Positions 44,484 through 53,442 of a stretch of DNA of 64,000 nucleotides are shown piece after piece. The notes under the pieces were generated by a model that ran no database searches, was not told the DNA's origin, and saw only the letters and a program-made list of their open reading frames with translations. Position 1 is the first letter of the stretch. Each line of letters starts with the position of its first letter. Origin of the DNA: an uncultured Planctomycetia bacterium (lineage in GTDB: Bacteria > Omnitrophota > Gorgyraeia > 2-02-FULL-51-18); assembly GCA_964606485.1 (NCBI GenBank), contig CAZSGP010000003.1:270479-334478 (forward strand). Direction: 5' to 3'. The position numbers and the translations under genes were made by a program.

Positions 44484-45199
44484 TACTTCGTTGCCTGATA
44501 AAGCGTTACGGTTCCCAACATAAAGGAACGAAAGCGAATATCACGAAAACCTGCCTTTTTTAATTTCTCGATAAATTCCGGAACTTTCACAAATCGCTCC
44601 GCAGAATCCGGCAGATATGCGATTGGGTACACTTTTCCAAAAAGAAGCCGCCCGTATAACGCGGTCATGGTGTGCATGTAAAATCTAAAAAATTTCACGC
44701 GCCATTCTTGCTTGGGTGCCGTGATGTCTAGAAAACTAATTTGGCCGCCTACTTTAAGCGAAGCGCTCACCCCTTTTAAAATCGCATCTATGTTTTGATA
44801 GAGATTTCTTAAAACAAATCCAGAGACCACGAGGTCAAACGGTTGTTCGTTGGCAATCGGCAATTCCTCGGCTTTCATGAGAACAAAGCGCGGCTTTGAG
44901 CCAATTTTTGACTCGAGCGACTGCCCCCTCTGATTGGCCACTTCCAGCATCTTGTCCGAGAAATCTATTCCGACAACGCTGCCCTCTTTACCAACAAGAG
45001 GCACGGCTCCCAGCGACAAATCTCCCGTTCCACAACCCAGATCCAAAACGCGCATTCCCGGTTTTAGAGGCTTCAACGTCTCTTTTCTCCAACCCGTGGC
45101 GAGGCCCATGCTCGTTAAGTGATTAAAAAGATCGTATTTGAGCGCAAGATTATCGAACATGGTCTTGATGTATCTAGAATCAGGTTGACTGGACGGCAT
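44483..45199 (-). CDS. ubiE: Demethylmenaquinone/ubiquinone C-methyltransferase (UbiE/MenG family)
   Basis: UbiE-type sequence with VLDLGCGTGDL SAM motif; 238 aa. It is the first gene of the minus-strand menaquinone operon. Confidence 0.8.
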   Translation of the reverse strand: MPSSQPDSRYIKTMFDNLALKYDLFNHLTSMGLATGWRKETLKPLKPGMRVLDLGCGTGDLSLGAVPLVGKEGSVVGIDFSDKMLEVANQRGQSLESKIGSKPRFVLMKAEELPIANEQPFDLVVSGFVLRNLYQNIDAILKGVSASLKVGGQISFLDITAPKQEWRVKFFRFYMHTMTALYGRLLFGKVYPIAYLPDSAERFVKVPEFIEKLKKAGFRDIRFRSFMLGTVTLYQATK

Positions 45200-45216
45200 C
45201 GTTTTTTTATGCGAAA

Positions 45217-46404
45217 ATGTGGCAATATCCTACTATGGAAGAACTTAGATTACAAGAAGAACTCAAGAAAACCCGCCGCGAACTGCAGCTTTTTTATGAA
45301 ATCGGCAACCTCATCCGGAAAACACTTTTTTTGGATGAAGTTATTTATTTAATTTTAAGCGCCATCACGAGTCACGAGGGAATGGGATTTAATCGCGCTG
45401 TTCTTTTTCTCGTCGACGACACTGGCACTTTGCTGGAAGGAAAAATGGGCATCGGTCCAAAAGACCCTCAGACATCGAAAGCCACATGGAAAACGATTGA
45501 ACAAAACCACATCACCCTCGAAGGTCTGCTGGATGTTTATCATAAGGCCAACAAAGTAATTGATCCGGAACTCAACGAAACGATTCGCCAGGTCAAGCTT
45601 CCGATTCAGAAAGATTTTGGAATTCTTCCCAAAACAATTATTTACGACAACCCATCTCTGATTGAAAAAGAAGATGCGAACCACGAGTTGTGTGATATGA
45701 AGCTGCAGGAGCTCGGCGCTGAGCAATTTGTGACAGTTCCCTTGCGCGGCAAGGACCGCGTTATTGGAACTCTGTTTATTGACAATGTCTCCACTCGCAA
45801 AGCCATCTCCGAAAATGATGTGCAGCGTCTCATGATGCTCGCCAATCACGCAGGGCTTGCCCTTGAAAATGCCCTCACCTTTAGCGCGCTAGTCGTCAAT
45901 TCGCAACAGGATTCCCTGACCAAACTATGGAATCATGGCCACTTTCAGAAACTTCTTCATGAGTGTCTCATGGACTCCAAAATTCACAAGCGCCCACTCA
46001 GTCTCGTTATTTTTGACGTTGATAATTTCAAAGAGTACAACGATAGCTTCGGTCATCCGGCTGGCGATCGCGCCTTGGAACTGATTGCCCTCAACGCAAA
46101 AACCGTGATGCGACGCATGGATTATTTGGCGCGCTACGGCGGGGAAGAATTTGCGGCTGTTTTGCCGGGGACCTCTAAAGAGGAAGCGATTAAGCTCGCG
46201 GAACGCCTGAGAGATGGCATTGAAAAAGAAACTTCGAGCAAATCCATCGCCCCACGCAAAGTAACCGTTTCGGTGGGAGTGGCCTCATATCCGGAAGATG
46301 CGGATGAAAAAGAGAAATTGATTTTCTGCGCCGATGGCGCCCTGTACGAAGCTAAGAAATTAGGAAAGAATCAAACCCGCGCTTATAAAAAGCCGACCCG
46401 CTAA
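45217..46404 (+). CDS. GAF-GGDEF diguanylate cyclase
   Basis: N-terminal GAF-like region and a C-terminal GGDEF domain with an intact RYGGEEF active-site motif. Confidence 0.75.
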   Translation: MWQYPTMEELRLQEELKKTRRELQLFYEIGNLIRKTLFLDEVIYLILSAITSHEGMGFNRAVLFLVDDTGTLLEGKMGIGPKDPQTSKATWKTIEQNHITLEGLLDVYHKANKVIDPELNETIRQVKLPIQKDFGILPKTIIYDNPSLIEKEDANHELCDMKLQELGAEQFVTVPLRGKDRVIGTLFIDNVSTRKAISENDVQRLMMLANHAGLALENALTFSALVVNSQQDSLTKLWNHGHFQKLLHECLMDSKIHKRPLSLVIFDVDNFKEYNDSFGHPAGDRALELIALNAKTVMRRMDYLARYGGEEFAAVLPGTSKEEAIKLAERLRDGIEKETSSKSIAPRKVTVSVGVASYPEDADEKEKLIFCADGALYEAKKLGKNQTRAYKKPTR

Positions 46405-49358
46405 ACCAGCACTTCTTCTTTGTCTTTATCCTTCACAGCGTCTTTTTCTTTGGCCTTCTCAGAAAACTTCACAGAAACAATGCGACTTACTCCGGTTTGA
46501 GCCATGGTGATGCCGTACATGGCATCCGCCAAACTCATGGTGCGCTTGTTGTGAGTGATTAAAATAAATTGGGACCCCGTAATAAATTCCTTTAGCACGT
46601 TGCAGAAGCGTTCTACATTGGTTTCGTCAAGTGGTGCATCGATTTCGTCGAGCACACAGAACGGGCTAGGACGCACTTTGAAAAGTGCAAAAACCATGGC
46701 AACGGCCGTCAGCGCTTTTTCTCCACCCGACAACAGGGAAATATTTTGTAATTTCTTTCCGGGAGGACGCGCGACAATTTCAATACCGCTTTCTAAGATA
46801 TTATCCGCATCAAGCAGTACGAGCTCCGCGGTGCCACCATTAAAAAGGATTTTATAGTACTCGGAAAAATATTGCTGAACCTTTTCAAAGGTTTCCGCAA
46901 AAAGCTCACGGGTTGTGCGGTTAATTTTTAAGATCGCCTTATGCAGATCCTCTTTGGCTTGAACTAGATCCTGCTCTTGTTTGGTGAGGAAATCGTATCG
47001 CTCACGCATCTCATCATACTCTTGCATGGCCGCTAAGTTCACTGGGCCGAGCTTTTGAATTTTATCTTTTTGGGTTTGAATTTGAGCTCTCGCCTCATCC
47101 AGGTCTGAGATTTCCGATTCGGGCAGCGTGGCGAGCGCCTCAATCGTGAGCTCAAAGTTATACGCATTAAAAACGCGGTCACGCAAACGGCTAATCTCAA
47201 ACTGATCTTTGGCGTTTTCAAGTTCAGCGTGATGAGCTTTGTCGCGGCACTCTTTGATAAAATCTTCTTTTTCGTCTTTTTGGGTTTCTAAAAGCTCGAG
47301 ACGCGCAGAGGCGTCTTCCAGATCCCGCCGCAATCCTTCGCTCTGACGCAGAATTTCATCGCGTTCCTCGGCGGCTTTCATAGACTCTTCTTCGAGCGCC
47401 AGATTTTCCTCTTCCAACTGGTCTTTCTTGGAAACGGCCTCCATGACTTCTTTTTCAAAATTTAGGATTTGTGCTTCTTCCGAACGCCTGGAACTTTCAA
47501 CCCAAGCGCGATCTTTTTCGATTTGCTCACACTTGGCACTGCGACTCGCCTGCTCTGAACGCGCTTGGGTGAGACGAATCAACTTTTCGTCCTTCAATAC
47601 TGCGCTCTGGCTAAAACTCTCTTCGATTTTTAAGATTTGTGCGGCGATATTCCGTTCTTCTTCAAACACCTGATTCAAGGACTGTGAAATGGTCTGCTCT
47701 TTTTCAAGGAGAGCATTTTCTTCATTTAGCACCTGCTGAATTTCACCAGCAATTACCGCAAGCTTGGCTTCGAGCTTGTTTCGAAGCTCGGTTAACGCTT
47801 TTTGGCGGGTTTGGTATTCGAGTGTTTGTGCATGCAAGCCAACCACGTCGTCCGTGAAACGCTGAATCTCACTCTCAATTAAAAGCTCTTCTTCGGCGCC
47901 AGGCGACTGCTTGCCAGCCTGGAAAAGATTTTGGAAAATTTCAATCAGCTTCGTTTTAAAATTTTTAAAGCGGTCGTTTAAGCGCTCCACTGGCGTCTGG
48001 ACGGGCAACGACCCCTCTTGGCCCGCATTCTCAAAGAGAGGGAGACCGGAGCCGATGCTCGCTTCGCGGATCTCTGCTAAAAGCGCCTCTTCTTCGGACT
48101 TGATACGCTTCAATCTTCCCTGTAAACCAGCTGTCAAAGAGGTTGCGCGGGAAAACTCTGACTGCCAGCGGTTTTTCTCGTCACCCAATTCGTTAAGCCT
48201 TACACGCAAAGCGTGCCGCTCGGATTCGGTTGAGGCGACTTGGCTTTGAAATTGATTAAAATCTGATTCTGCCGATTGCAATACAACAACCGCTTCTTCC
48301 TCTTCGCCTTTCAGCATTGAAAGCTGTGCATCCAGACGCTCAAATTCCTGCGAAAGTCCGGCAGCGCGGGTTCGGGTGTCTTCAATTTGCCGCGTCAAAT
48401 TTTCACGACGCTCCACAAGCTCGCCGATGCGTTCGCGATTCAAAAGAACGCGGTCGCGGCTTTTCTGCACACGCGCATCGATTTCAAAAATTTTAGACTG
48501 ACTAAGGCTCGCCTGCACCTCGAGCTCATGAAGCGCTTCTTTTTGTTCGTGATAGCTCTGCGCAAGTTCCGTCAAACCATTTTCTGCATTTGACACTTCT
48601 TCGCGAAGGGCTTCCAGATTTTCCTGGGCAAATTTAAGCTTCGCCTCAAGGCTTAAAAATTCCTTACTCGCTACAGCAATTTCGAGATTCTTTAATTTTT
48701 CAAACTCAATTTTATAGCTTTCGGCTTTTTTGGCTTGGCGCTCCATCGACCCAATCTGGCGCTTCACTTCCTGGATGATGTCATTGACGCGGAGTAAGTT
48801 TTGTTCGGTTTGCTCAAGCTTACGGAGCGCTTCTTTTTTCTTGGCCTTAAATTTGGTAATACCGGCAGCTTCTTCGAAAATCTCGCGGCGCTGATCAGGC
48901 TTTGCGTTGATCACCTGATCCATCTTCCCCTGCTCGATGATGGAATAACCTTCCGTTCCAATACCGGTTCCCAAGAGAAGCTCTTGAATATCTTTTAAGC
49001 GAACCACATTTTTGTTGAGAAGGTATTCACTGTCGCCTGAGCGATACAAGCGGCGCGTAATCACCACTTCATCGTAATCAATGGCGAGCAGTCGGGTTTC
49101 GTTGGCAAGGGTTAGTGAAACTTCGGCGAGATTTTGAGCATCGCGGCTAGAGCTACCGTTAAAAATAACATCTTCCATGCTAGAGCCGCGCAAAGACTTA
49201 GCGCTTTGCTCACCAAGCACCCACCGAATGCCGTCGGAAATATTGGATTTGCCGCAACCATTCGGCCCGACAATGGCGGTGACACCCGGCTCAAATAAAA
49301 TCTCGGTTTTATCGGCGAAGGACTTGAATCCGAAGATTTCTAATTTTTTAAAATACAA
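46401..49358 (-). CDS. smc: SMC-like chromosome segregation ATPase (compact, hinge apparently absent)
   Basis: Walker A GPNGCGKSN; SMC C-terminal motifs LGPVNLAAMQEYDEMRERY, LSGGEKALTAVA (signature) and DEIDAPLDE (Walker B); long coiled-coil regions. It is only 985 aa, and the mid-region (~430-500) lacks the glycine-rich SMC hinge motifs. TTG start at 49358 with an AAGGAG RBS. Confidence 0.7.
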   Translation of the reverse strand: MYFKKLEIFGFKSFADKTEILFEPGVTAIVGPNGCGKSNISDGIRWVLGEQSAKSLRGSSMEDVIFNGSSSRDAQNLAEVSLTLANETRLLAIDYDEVVITRRLYRSGDSEYLLNKNVVRLKDIQELLLGTGIGTEGYSIIEQGKMDQVINAKPDQRREIFEEAAGITKFKAKKKEALRKLEQTEQNLLRVNDIIQEVKRQIGSMERQAKKAESYKIEFEKLKNLEIAVASKEFLSLEAKLKFAQENLEALREEVSNAENGLTELAQSYHEQKEALHELEVQASLSQSKIFEIDARVQKSRDRVLLNRERIGELVERRENLTRQIEDTRTRAAGLSQEFERLDAQLSMLKGEEEEAVVVLQSAESDFNQFQSQVASTESERHALRVRLNELGDEKNRWQSEFSRATSLTAGLQGRLKRIKSEEEALLAEIREASIGSGLPLFENAGQEGSLPVQTPVERLNDRFKNFKTKLIEIFQNLFQAGKQSPGAEEELLIESEIQRFTDDVVGLHAQTLEYQTRQKALTELRNKLEAKLAVIAGEIQQVLNEENALLEKEQTISQSLNQVFEEERNIAAQILKIEESFSQSAVLKDEKLIRLTQARSEQASRSAKCEQIEKDRAWVESSRRSEEAQILNFEKEVMEAVSKKDQLEEENLALEEESMKAAEERDEILRQSEGLRRDLEDASARLELLETQKDEKEDFIKECRDKAHHAELENAKDQFEISRLRDRVFNAYNFELTIEALATLPESEISDLDEARAQIQTQKDKIQKLGPVNLAAMQEYDEMRERYDFLTKQEQDLVQAKEDLHKAILKINRTTRELFAETFEKVQQYFSEYYKILFNGGTAELVLLDADNILESGIEIVARPPGKKLQNISLLSGGEKALTAVAMVFALFKVRPSPFCVLDEIDAPLDETNVERFCNVLKEFITGSQFILITHNKRTMSLADAMYGITMAQTGVSRIVSVKFSEKAKEKDAVKDKDKEEVLV

Positions 49359-49390
49359 ACGCGCTCCTTGGACAAACTTTAATTTTTAGG

Positions 49391-49419
49391 AGATTATCAC
49401 GCTAGTGGTCCCCCGTCAA
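49391..49419 (-). promoter_or_regulatory. Candidate sigma70-type promoter for smc (TTGACG-17-TAATCT with upstream TG)
   Basis: On the minus strand the -35 is TTGACG (49419..49414) and the -10 is TAATCT (49396..49391) after a 17-nt spacer. The AAGGAG RBS lies at 49369..49364 and the TTG start at 49358. Confidence 0.4.
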
Positions 49420-49451
49420 GGGGAATACTATATATAGGGGGTTAAAAAGGA

Positions 49452-50228
49452 CTAGAATCCGATGATATTGTAGCCAGAATCCACAAAAATGACTTCGCCG
49501 GTAATTCCGCGGCTCAAGTGGCTAGCTAGGAACAAAGTGGTGTCGCCGACTTCCTCGGGCTCCGTGTTGCGTCGAAGCGGAGATTTTTCACGCGCAAGTC
49601 TCAAAATATCCTGAAGTCCGGAAATGCCGCGTGCTGCAAGCGTGTTGATGGGGCCGGCTGAAATAGCATTTACACGAATATTTTTAGGGCCCAAATCAAA
49701 CGCCAAGTATTTTACGCTCATCTCAAGTGCTGCTTTAGCAACGCCCATCACATTGTAATGCGGCATCACGCGCTCACCACCCAAATACGTGAGCGTCACT
49801 ACACTTCCGCCGCCTCTTTTTTCAAAGAGCGGAACAAATTTTTGGCAGACCCCTGTGAGCGAATAAGCGCTAACGCCGAGTGCCGTGTCAAAACCATCTT
49901 TTTTGGTGCGAAAATAATCCGTCTCCAAATCTTCCGCTTTAGCGAAAGCGACGGCGTGCAGAATAAAATCAATTCCACCCCAAGCCTTATCGATTTCCGT
50001 CACTAGCGCATCCACTTGCGCCTCCTGCATCACATCACATGGAAAGACGAGCGAGTTCGGAAGCGTCTTAGCAAGTTCTTCCACATTTTCCTTGAGCCGC
50101 TCCCCTTGATAGGAAAAAACGATTTGAGCGCCTTCGCGCGACAAACTCTTTGCGGCCGACCAAGCGATACTGCGCTTATTGGCGACGCCTAAAATTAATC
50201 CTTTTTTACCTTCCATTAGATTTGCCAT
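49452..50228 (-). CDS. fabI: Enoyl-[acyl-carrier-protein] reductase (NADH), FabI
   Basis: FabI-type SDR sequence (GLILGVANKRSIAW..., catalytic Tyr/Lys region). Start is taken at MANLMEGKKG (50228), which abuts the fabF stop; the ORF extends to 50276. Confidence 0.8.
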   Translation of the reverse strand: MANLMEGKKGLILGVANKRSIAWSAAKSLSREGAQIVFSYQGERLKENVEELAKTLPNSLVFPCDVMQEAQVDALVTEIDKAWGGIDFILHAVAFAKAEDLETDYFRTKKDGFDTALGVSAYSLTGVCQKFVPLFEKRGGGSVVTLTYLGGERVMPHYNVMGVAKAALEMSVKYLAFDLGPKNIRVNAISAGPINTLAARGISGLQDILRLAREKSPLRRNTEPEEVGDTTLFLASHLSRGITGEVIFVDSGYNIIGF

Positions 50229-50229
50229 A

Positions 50230-51474
50230 TTAGCCCCTGAATTTTTTAACGATAACCGACGTATTGTGCCCGCCAAATCCTAGTGAATTCGATAGACAAG
50301 CTTCAACCTTAGTCTGGCGTGCGGCGTTTGGCACATAATCCAAATCACATTCCGGATCGGGTGCGGTCAGATTCATCGTCCCGTGAAGTGTTTGATGCTC
50401 GAGCGACAAACAGCAGGCTACAAATTCAATTCCACCGGCGGCACCTAGCGTGTGACCTGTCATCGACTTTGTGGAATTGACCTGAAGTTTTTTAGCGTGA
50501 TCACCAAATGTTTTCTTGATCGCCAATGTTTCGATTTTATCGTTAAGATCCGTTGAGGTTCCGTGCGCGTTGATGTATTGAATATCAGAAGGATTCATCT
50601 TGGCGTCTCTTAGCGCAAGATTCATGCAGTGGGAAGCGCCCTCTCCGTCCGGATTTGGGGCGGTCATGTGGTACGCGTCCCCATTCAAAGCGTAACCCAC
50701 AAGCTCTCCGTAAATTTTGGCACCGCGTTTTTTAGCGTGCTCTAATTCTTCAAGCACCACCACACCTGCACCTTCGCCCATCACGAATCCATCGCGCTCT
50801 TTGTCAAACGGCCGCGAGGCGGCGTGCGGGTCATCATTTCTCGTAGAAAGCGCTTTGAGCGCGCAGAATCCGCCAATTCCCAAAGGGGTTATGCAGCTCT
50901 CAGTTCCACCTGCAATCATGACTTTAGCTTGGCCGTGTTGAATGATGCGAAAGGCCTCGCCAATCGAATGAGTTCCCGTAGCGCACGCTGTGACGACCGC
51001 TAAATTAGGACCCTTAAAATTCAGGAGAATTGAAATCCAGCCGGAGGCCATATTGATAATTAGAAGCGGGATCATGAATGGAGAAAATTTCTCCGGTCCC
51101 TTGTTTAGATAAATCGAATGCGTTTCTTCGACAATGCGCAGACTTCCAATGCCAGAACCAACCAGAACGCCGAGCTCCCGAGGATCTTCCTTGGAAACAT
51201 CAAGCCCCGAATCTTTAAAAGCCTCCAACGCCGCAGTCACCGCAAACTGAGCAAACTGCTCCATGCGGCGGGACTCTTTTAAAGGAATGGTTGCTTTGGG
51301 ATCGTAGCCTTTGACTTCCGCGGCAATTTTAGCGTCGAATCTCTGAGGGTCAAAATAGGAGATTTTTTCGACACCACTTTTACCGGAAAGAAGAGACTTC
51401 CAAAACTCTGGGACGTTGTTGCCCACAGGCGTGACAGCGCCAAGACCTGTAACAACAACCCGTGAATAGGACAT
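50230..51474 (-). CDS. fabF: Beta-ketoacyl-ACP synthase II
   Basis: RVVVTGLGAVTPVGN N-terminus, active-site Cys region (AVVTACATGTHS) and the His-His region; 414 aa. Confidence 0.85.
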   Translation of the reverse strand: MSYSRVVVTGLGAVTPVGNNVPEFWKSLLSGKSGVEKISYFDPQRFDAKIAAEVKGYDPKATIPLKESRRMEQFAQFAVTAALEAFKDSGLDVSKEDPRELGVLVGSGIGSLRIVEETHSIYLNKGPEKFSPFMIPLLIINMASGWISILLNFKGPNLAVVTACATGTHSIGEAFRIIQHGQAKVMIAGGTESCITPLGIGGFCALKALSTRNDDPHAASRPFDKERDGFVMGEGAGVVVLEELEHAKKRGAKIYGELVGYALNGDAYHMTAPNPDGEGASHCMNLALRDAKMNPSDIQYINAHGTSTDLNDKIETLAIKKTFGDHAKKLQVNSTKSMTGHTLGAAGGIEFVACCLSLEHQTLHGTMNLTAPDPECDLDYVPNAARQTKVEACLSNSLGFGGHNTSVIVKKFRG

Positions 51475-51499
51475 TCGTGGGGTCTAAAAAGCCTGGAGT

Positions 51500-51748
51500 T
51501 TATTTAGAAGCTTTGCTGGCTTTTTCTTCGATATATCGGACAGCTTCGCCGACATTCGTCATCTTTTCGGCGTCTTCATCAGGAATCTCGATACCGAATT
51601 CTTCTTCCAAAGCCATCACAAGCTCAACCGTATCCAGCGAATCTGCTCCCAAATCATCTACAAAAGAAGCGGTGTCACTGACTTCTTCAACCTTAACACC
51701 TAGCTGTTCGGCAATAATGGACTTCACTTTCGCTGCTACTTCGGCCAT
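51500..51748 (-). CDS. acpP: Acyl carrier protein
   Basis: 82 aa with [20 protein letters not shown] around the phosphopantetheine Ser. A strong AAGGAGG RBS lies upstream. Confidence 0.9.
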   Translation of the reverse strand: MAEVAAKVKSIIAEQLGVKVEEVSDTASFVDDLGADSLDTVELVMALEEEFGIEIPDEDAEKMTNVGEAVRYIEEKASKASK

Positions 51749-51776
51749 CGATTCCTCCTTTTACCGCGTTTGAAAT

Positions 51777-52535
51777 TTATTGCATCACCATTCCACCGTC
51801 TACGGTGATGACTTGCCCTGTTACGTAATTACTTTCGTCGCTAGCCAGATAAAGCGCTGTTTTTGCAACGTCCAACGGTTTACCGAAGCACGCCGCCGGA
51901 ATATTTTTGAGTATTGCTTGTTTGGTCTCCTGGCTTAAAGCGTCTGTCATTTCCGTTTCAATGAACCCAGGAGCGATTGCGTTCACTAAAACGTTGCGCG
52001 AACCTAATTCTTTGGCGAGTGACTTGGTTAGAGCGATGATCCCCGCTTTGCTAGCGGCGTAATTGGCCTGCCCGGCATTGCCAGTCAATCCAATCACGGA
52101 AGCCATATTAATAATGCGCCCCGCTCTTTGTTTCATCATTGCTTTTGAAGCGGCGCGCATGCATAAAAATGTGCCTTTGAGATTGGTGTTAAGCACTTCA
52201 TCCCATTGGTCTTCCGACATTCTAACAAAGAGCCCGTCGCGTGTGATTCCCGCGTTGTTGACGAGTATATCAATGCGACTATAATTGTCAAGAGTTTTGT
52301 CCGTCATTTCCTCCACTTTGGCCGCGTTTTTCACGTCCAATTCAAAAACCATCGGCGACTTTCCGCCGAATGCCGTAATTTCTTGGGCAAGTTTTTGGAG
52401 TGCGTCCAAACTTCTGGCTGTAAGCACGAGCTGGGCGCCCTCTTTGGCAAAAAGGAGCGCAATCTCGCGGCCAATGCCGCGACTCGCACCCGTTACGATT
52501 GCAACCTTCCCCTCTAATTTTTTAGTCGAGGACAT
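51777..52535 (-). CDS. fabG: 3-oxoacyl-ACP reductase
   Basis: GKVAIVTGASRGIGREIA Rossmann motif with the SDR catalytic region. Start is taken at the internal Met MSSTKKLEGK (52535); the ORF extends to 52583. Confidence 0.85.
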   Translation of the reverse strand: MSSTKKLEGKVAIVTGASRGIGREIALLFAKEGAQLVLTARSLDALQKLAQEITAFGGKSPMVFELDVKNAAKVEEMTDKTLDNYSRIDILVNNAGITRDGLFVRMSEDQWDEVLNTNLKGTFLCMRAASKAMMKQRAGRIINMASVIGLTGNAGQANYAASKAGIIALTKSLAKELGSRNVLVNAIAPGFIETEMTDALSQETKQAILKNIPAACFGKPLDVAKTALYLASDESNYVTGQVITVDGGMVMQ

Positions 52536-53442
52536 GGAAGTCTCCAATCGAGCTGAGTGAAATAGTTTCGACCGTAGGATCAATTTTTTTAAGCAGTCCC
52601 TTTAATACCTTGCCCGGCGAAAATTCAACAAACGTTTTGACACCATTGGAAATCATAAAACGCATCGAGTCTTCCCAGAGCGTGCGGTGATTCATTTGAA
52701 GCACCAGATTCTGCTTAATTTTAATGGGGTCATTTTCAATATTGGCCGTCAGATTGCTCACTACTGGAATGAGCGGTTTTTGAACGGGTACAATTTCAAG
52801 CGCCTTCTCAATTTTTTGACAGGCGGAGTTCATGCAGGAAGAGTGAAACCCACCGCTAACTTCCAATGGAATTACTTTGCGGGCACCCGCCTCGCGCAAT
52901 TTTTCAATGGCCACCTCTACTTTGTGTTTGAATCCAGAGATAACAATCTGACCGGGCGCGTTTAGGTTCCCCACCTCGGCGCCGGTTTCATGGCAAATCT
53001 TTTCCACAATGGCAAGTTCGAGACTCAGCACCGCAGCCATCATTCCAGGCTTCTCGGCGGCTGCTTCGTCCATAAAAAGTCCACGCGAACGCACAAAACG
53101 AACGCCATCATCAAAACTAATAGCCCCTGCCGCGCAAAGTGCGGTGGCTTCGCCTAGTGAAAGTCCGGCGGTAAACTTAGGGTTATAATTATTGGCCTTA
53201 GCATAGGTTTTAAAAACTGCCAGTGCGGCCATGCTGGTCGTAAATATAGCCGGCTGGCTATAGCGAGTCTTTGTGAGCTTGTCTTCGGGTCCGTCAAAAC
53301 AGGCGCTCTTCACATCAAAATCTAAAAGTTCAGCGGCGCGGTCAAAAATCTTTTTAGCTTCGGGATGGTGATCATAGAGATCCTTGCCCATTCCCACAAA
53401 TTGCGAGCCCTGGCCCGGAAATAAAAAGGCTGCGTCTACCAC
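52522..53442 (-). CDS. fabD: Malonyl-CoA:ACP transacylase
   Basis: AFLFPGQGSQFVGMG and GLSLGE motifs. The likely start is a GTG at 53442 overlapping the fabH stop; the longest ORF begins with TTG at 53463. Confidence 0.85.
   Translation of the reverse strand: MVDAAFLFPGQGSQFVGMGKDLYDHHPEAKKIFDRAAELLDFDVKSACFDGPEDKLTKTRYSQPAIFTTSMAALAVFKTYAKANNYNPKFTAGLSLGEATALCAAGAISFDDGVRFVRSRGLFMDEAAAEKPGMMAAVLSLELAIVEKICHETGAEVGNLNAPGQIVISGFKHKVEVAIEKLREAGARKVIPLEVSGGFHSSCMNSACQKIEKALEIVPVQKPLIPVVSNLTANIENDPIKIKQNLVLQMNHRTLWEDSMRFMISNGVKTFVEFSPGKVLKGLLKKIDPTVETISLSSIGDFHVLD

Noticed and set aside
46401-49358. Alternative identity of the 985-aa ATPase as RecN or SbcC/Rad50.
   Set aside because: RecN is about 550 aa. 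SbcC/Rad50 carry a central CxxC zinc hook, which is absent here. The C-terminal LGPVNLAAMQEY motif and head architecture are SMC-specific.
49411-49424. Palindrome CCCCGTCAAGGGG downstream of fabI as a rho-independent terminator.
   Set aside because: The stem is only 4 bp and is not followed by a T-tract on either strand. It coincides with the -35 hexamer (TTGACG) of the smc promoter, which is the more economical explanation.
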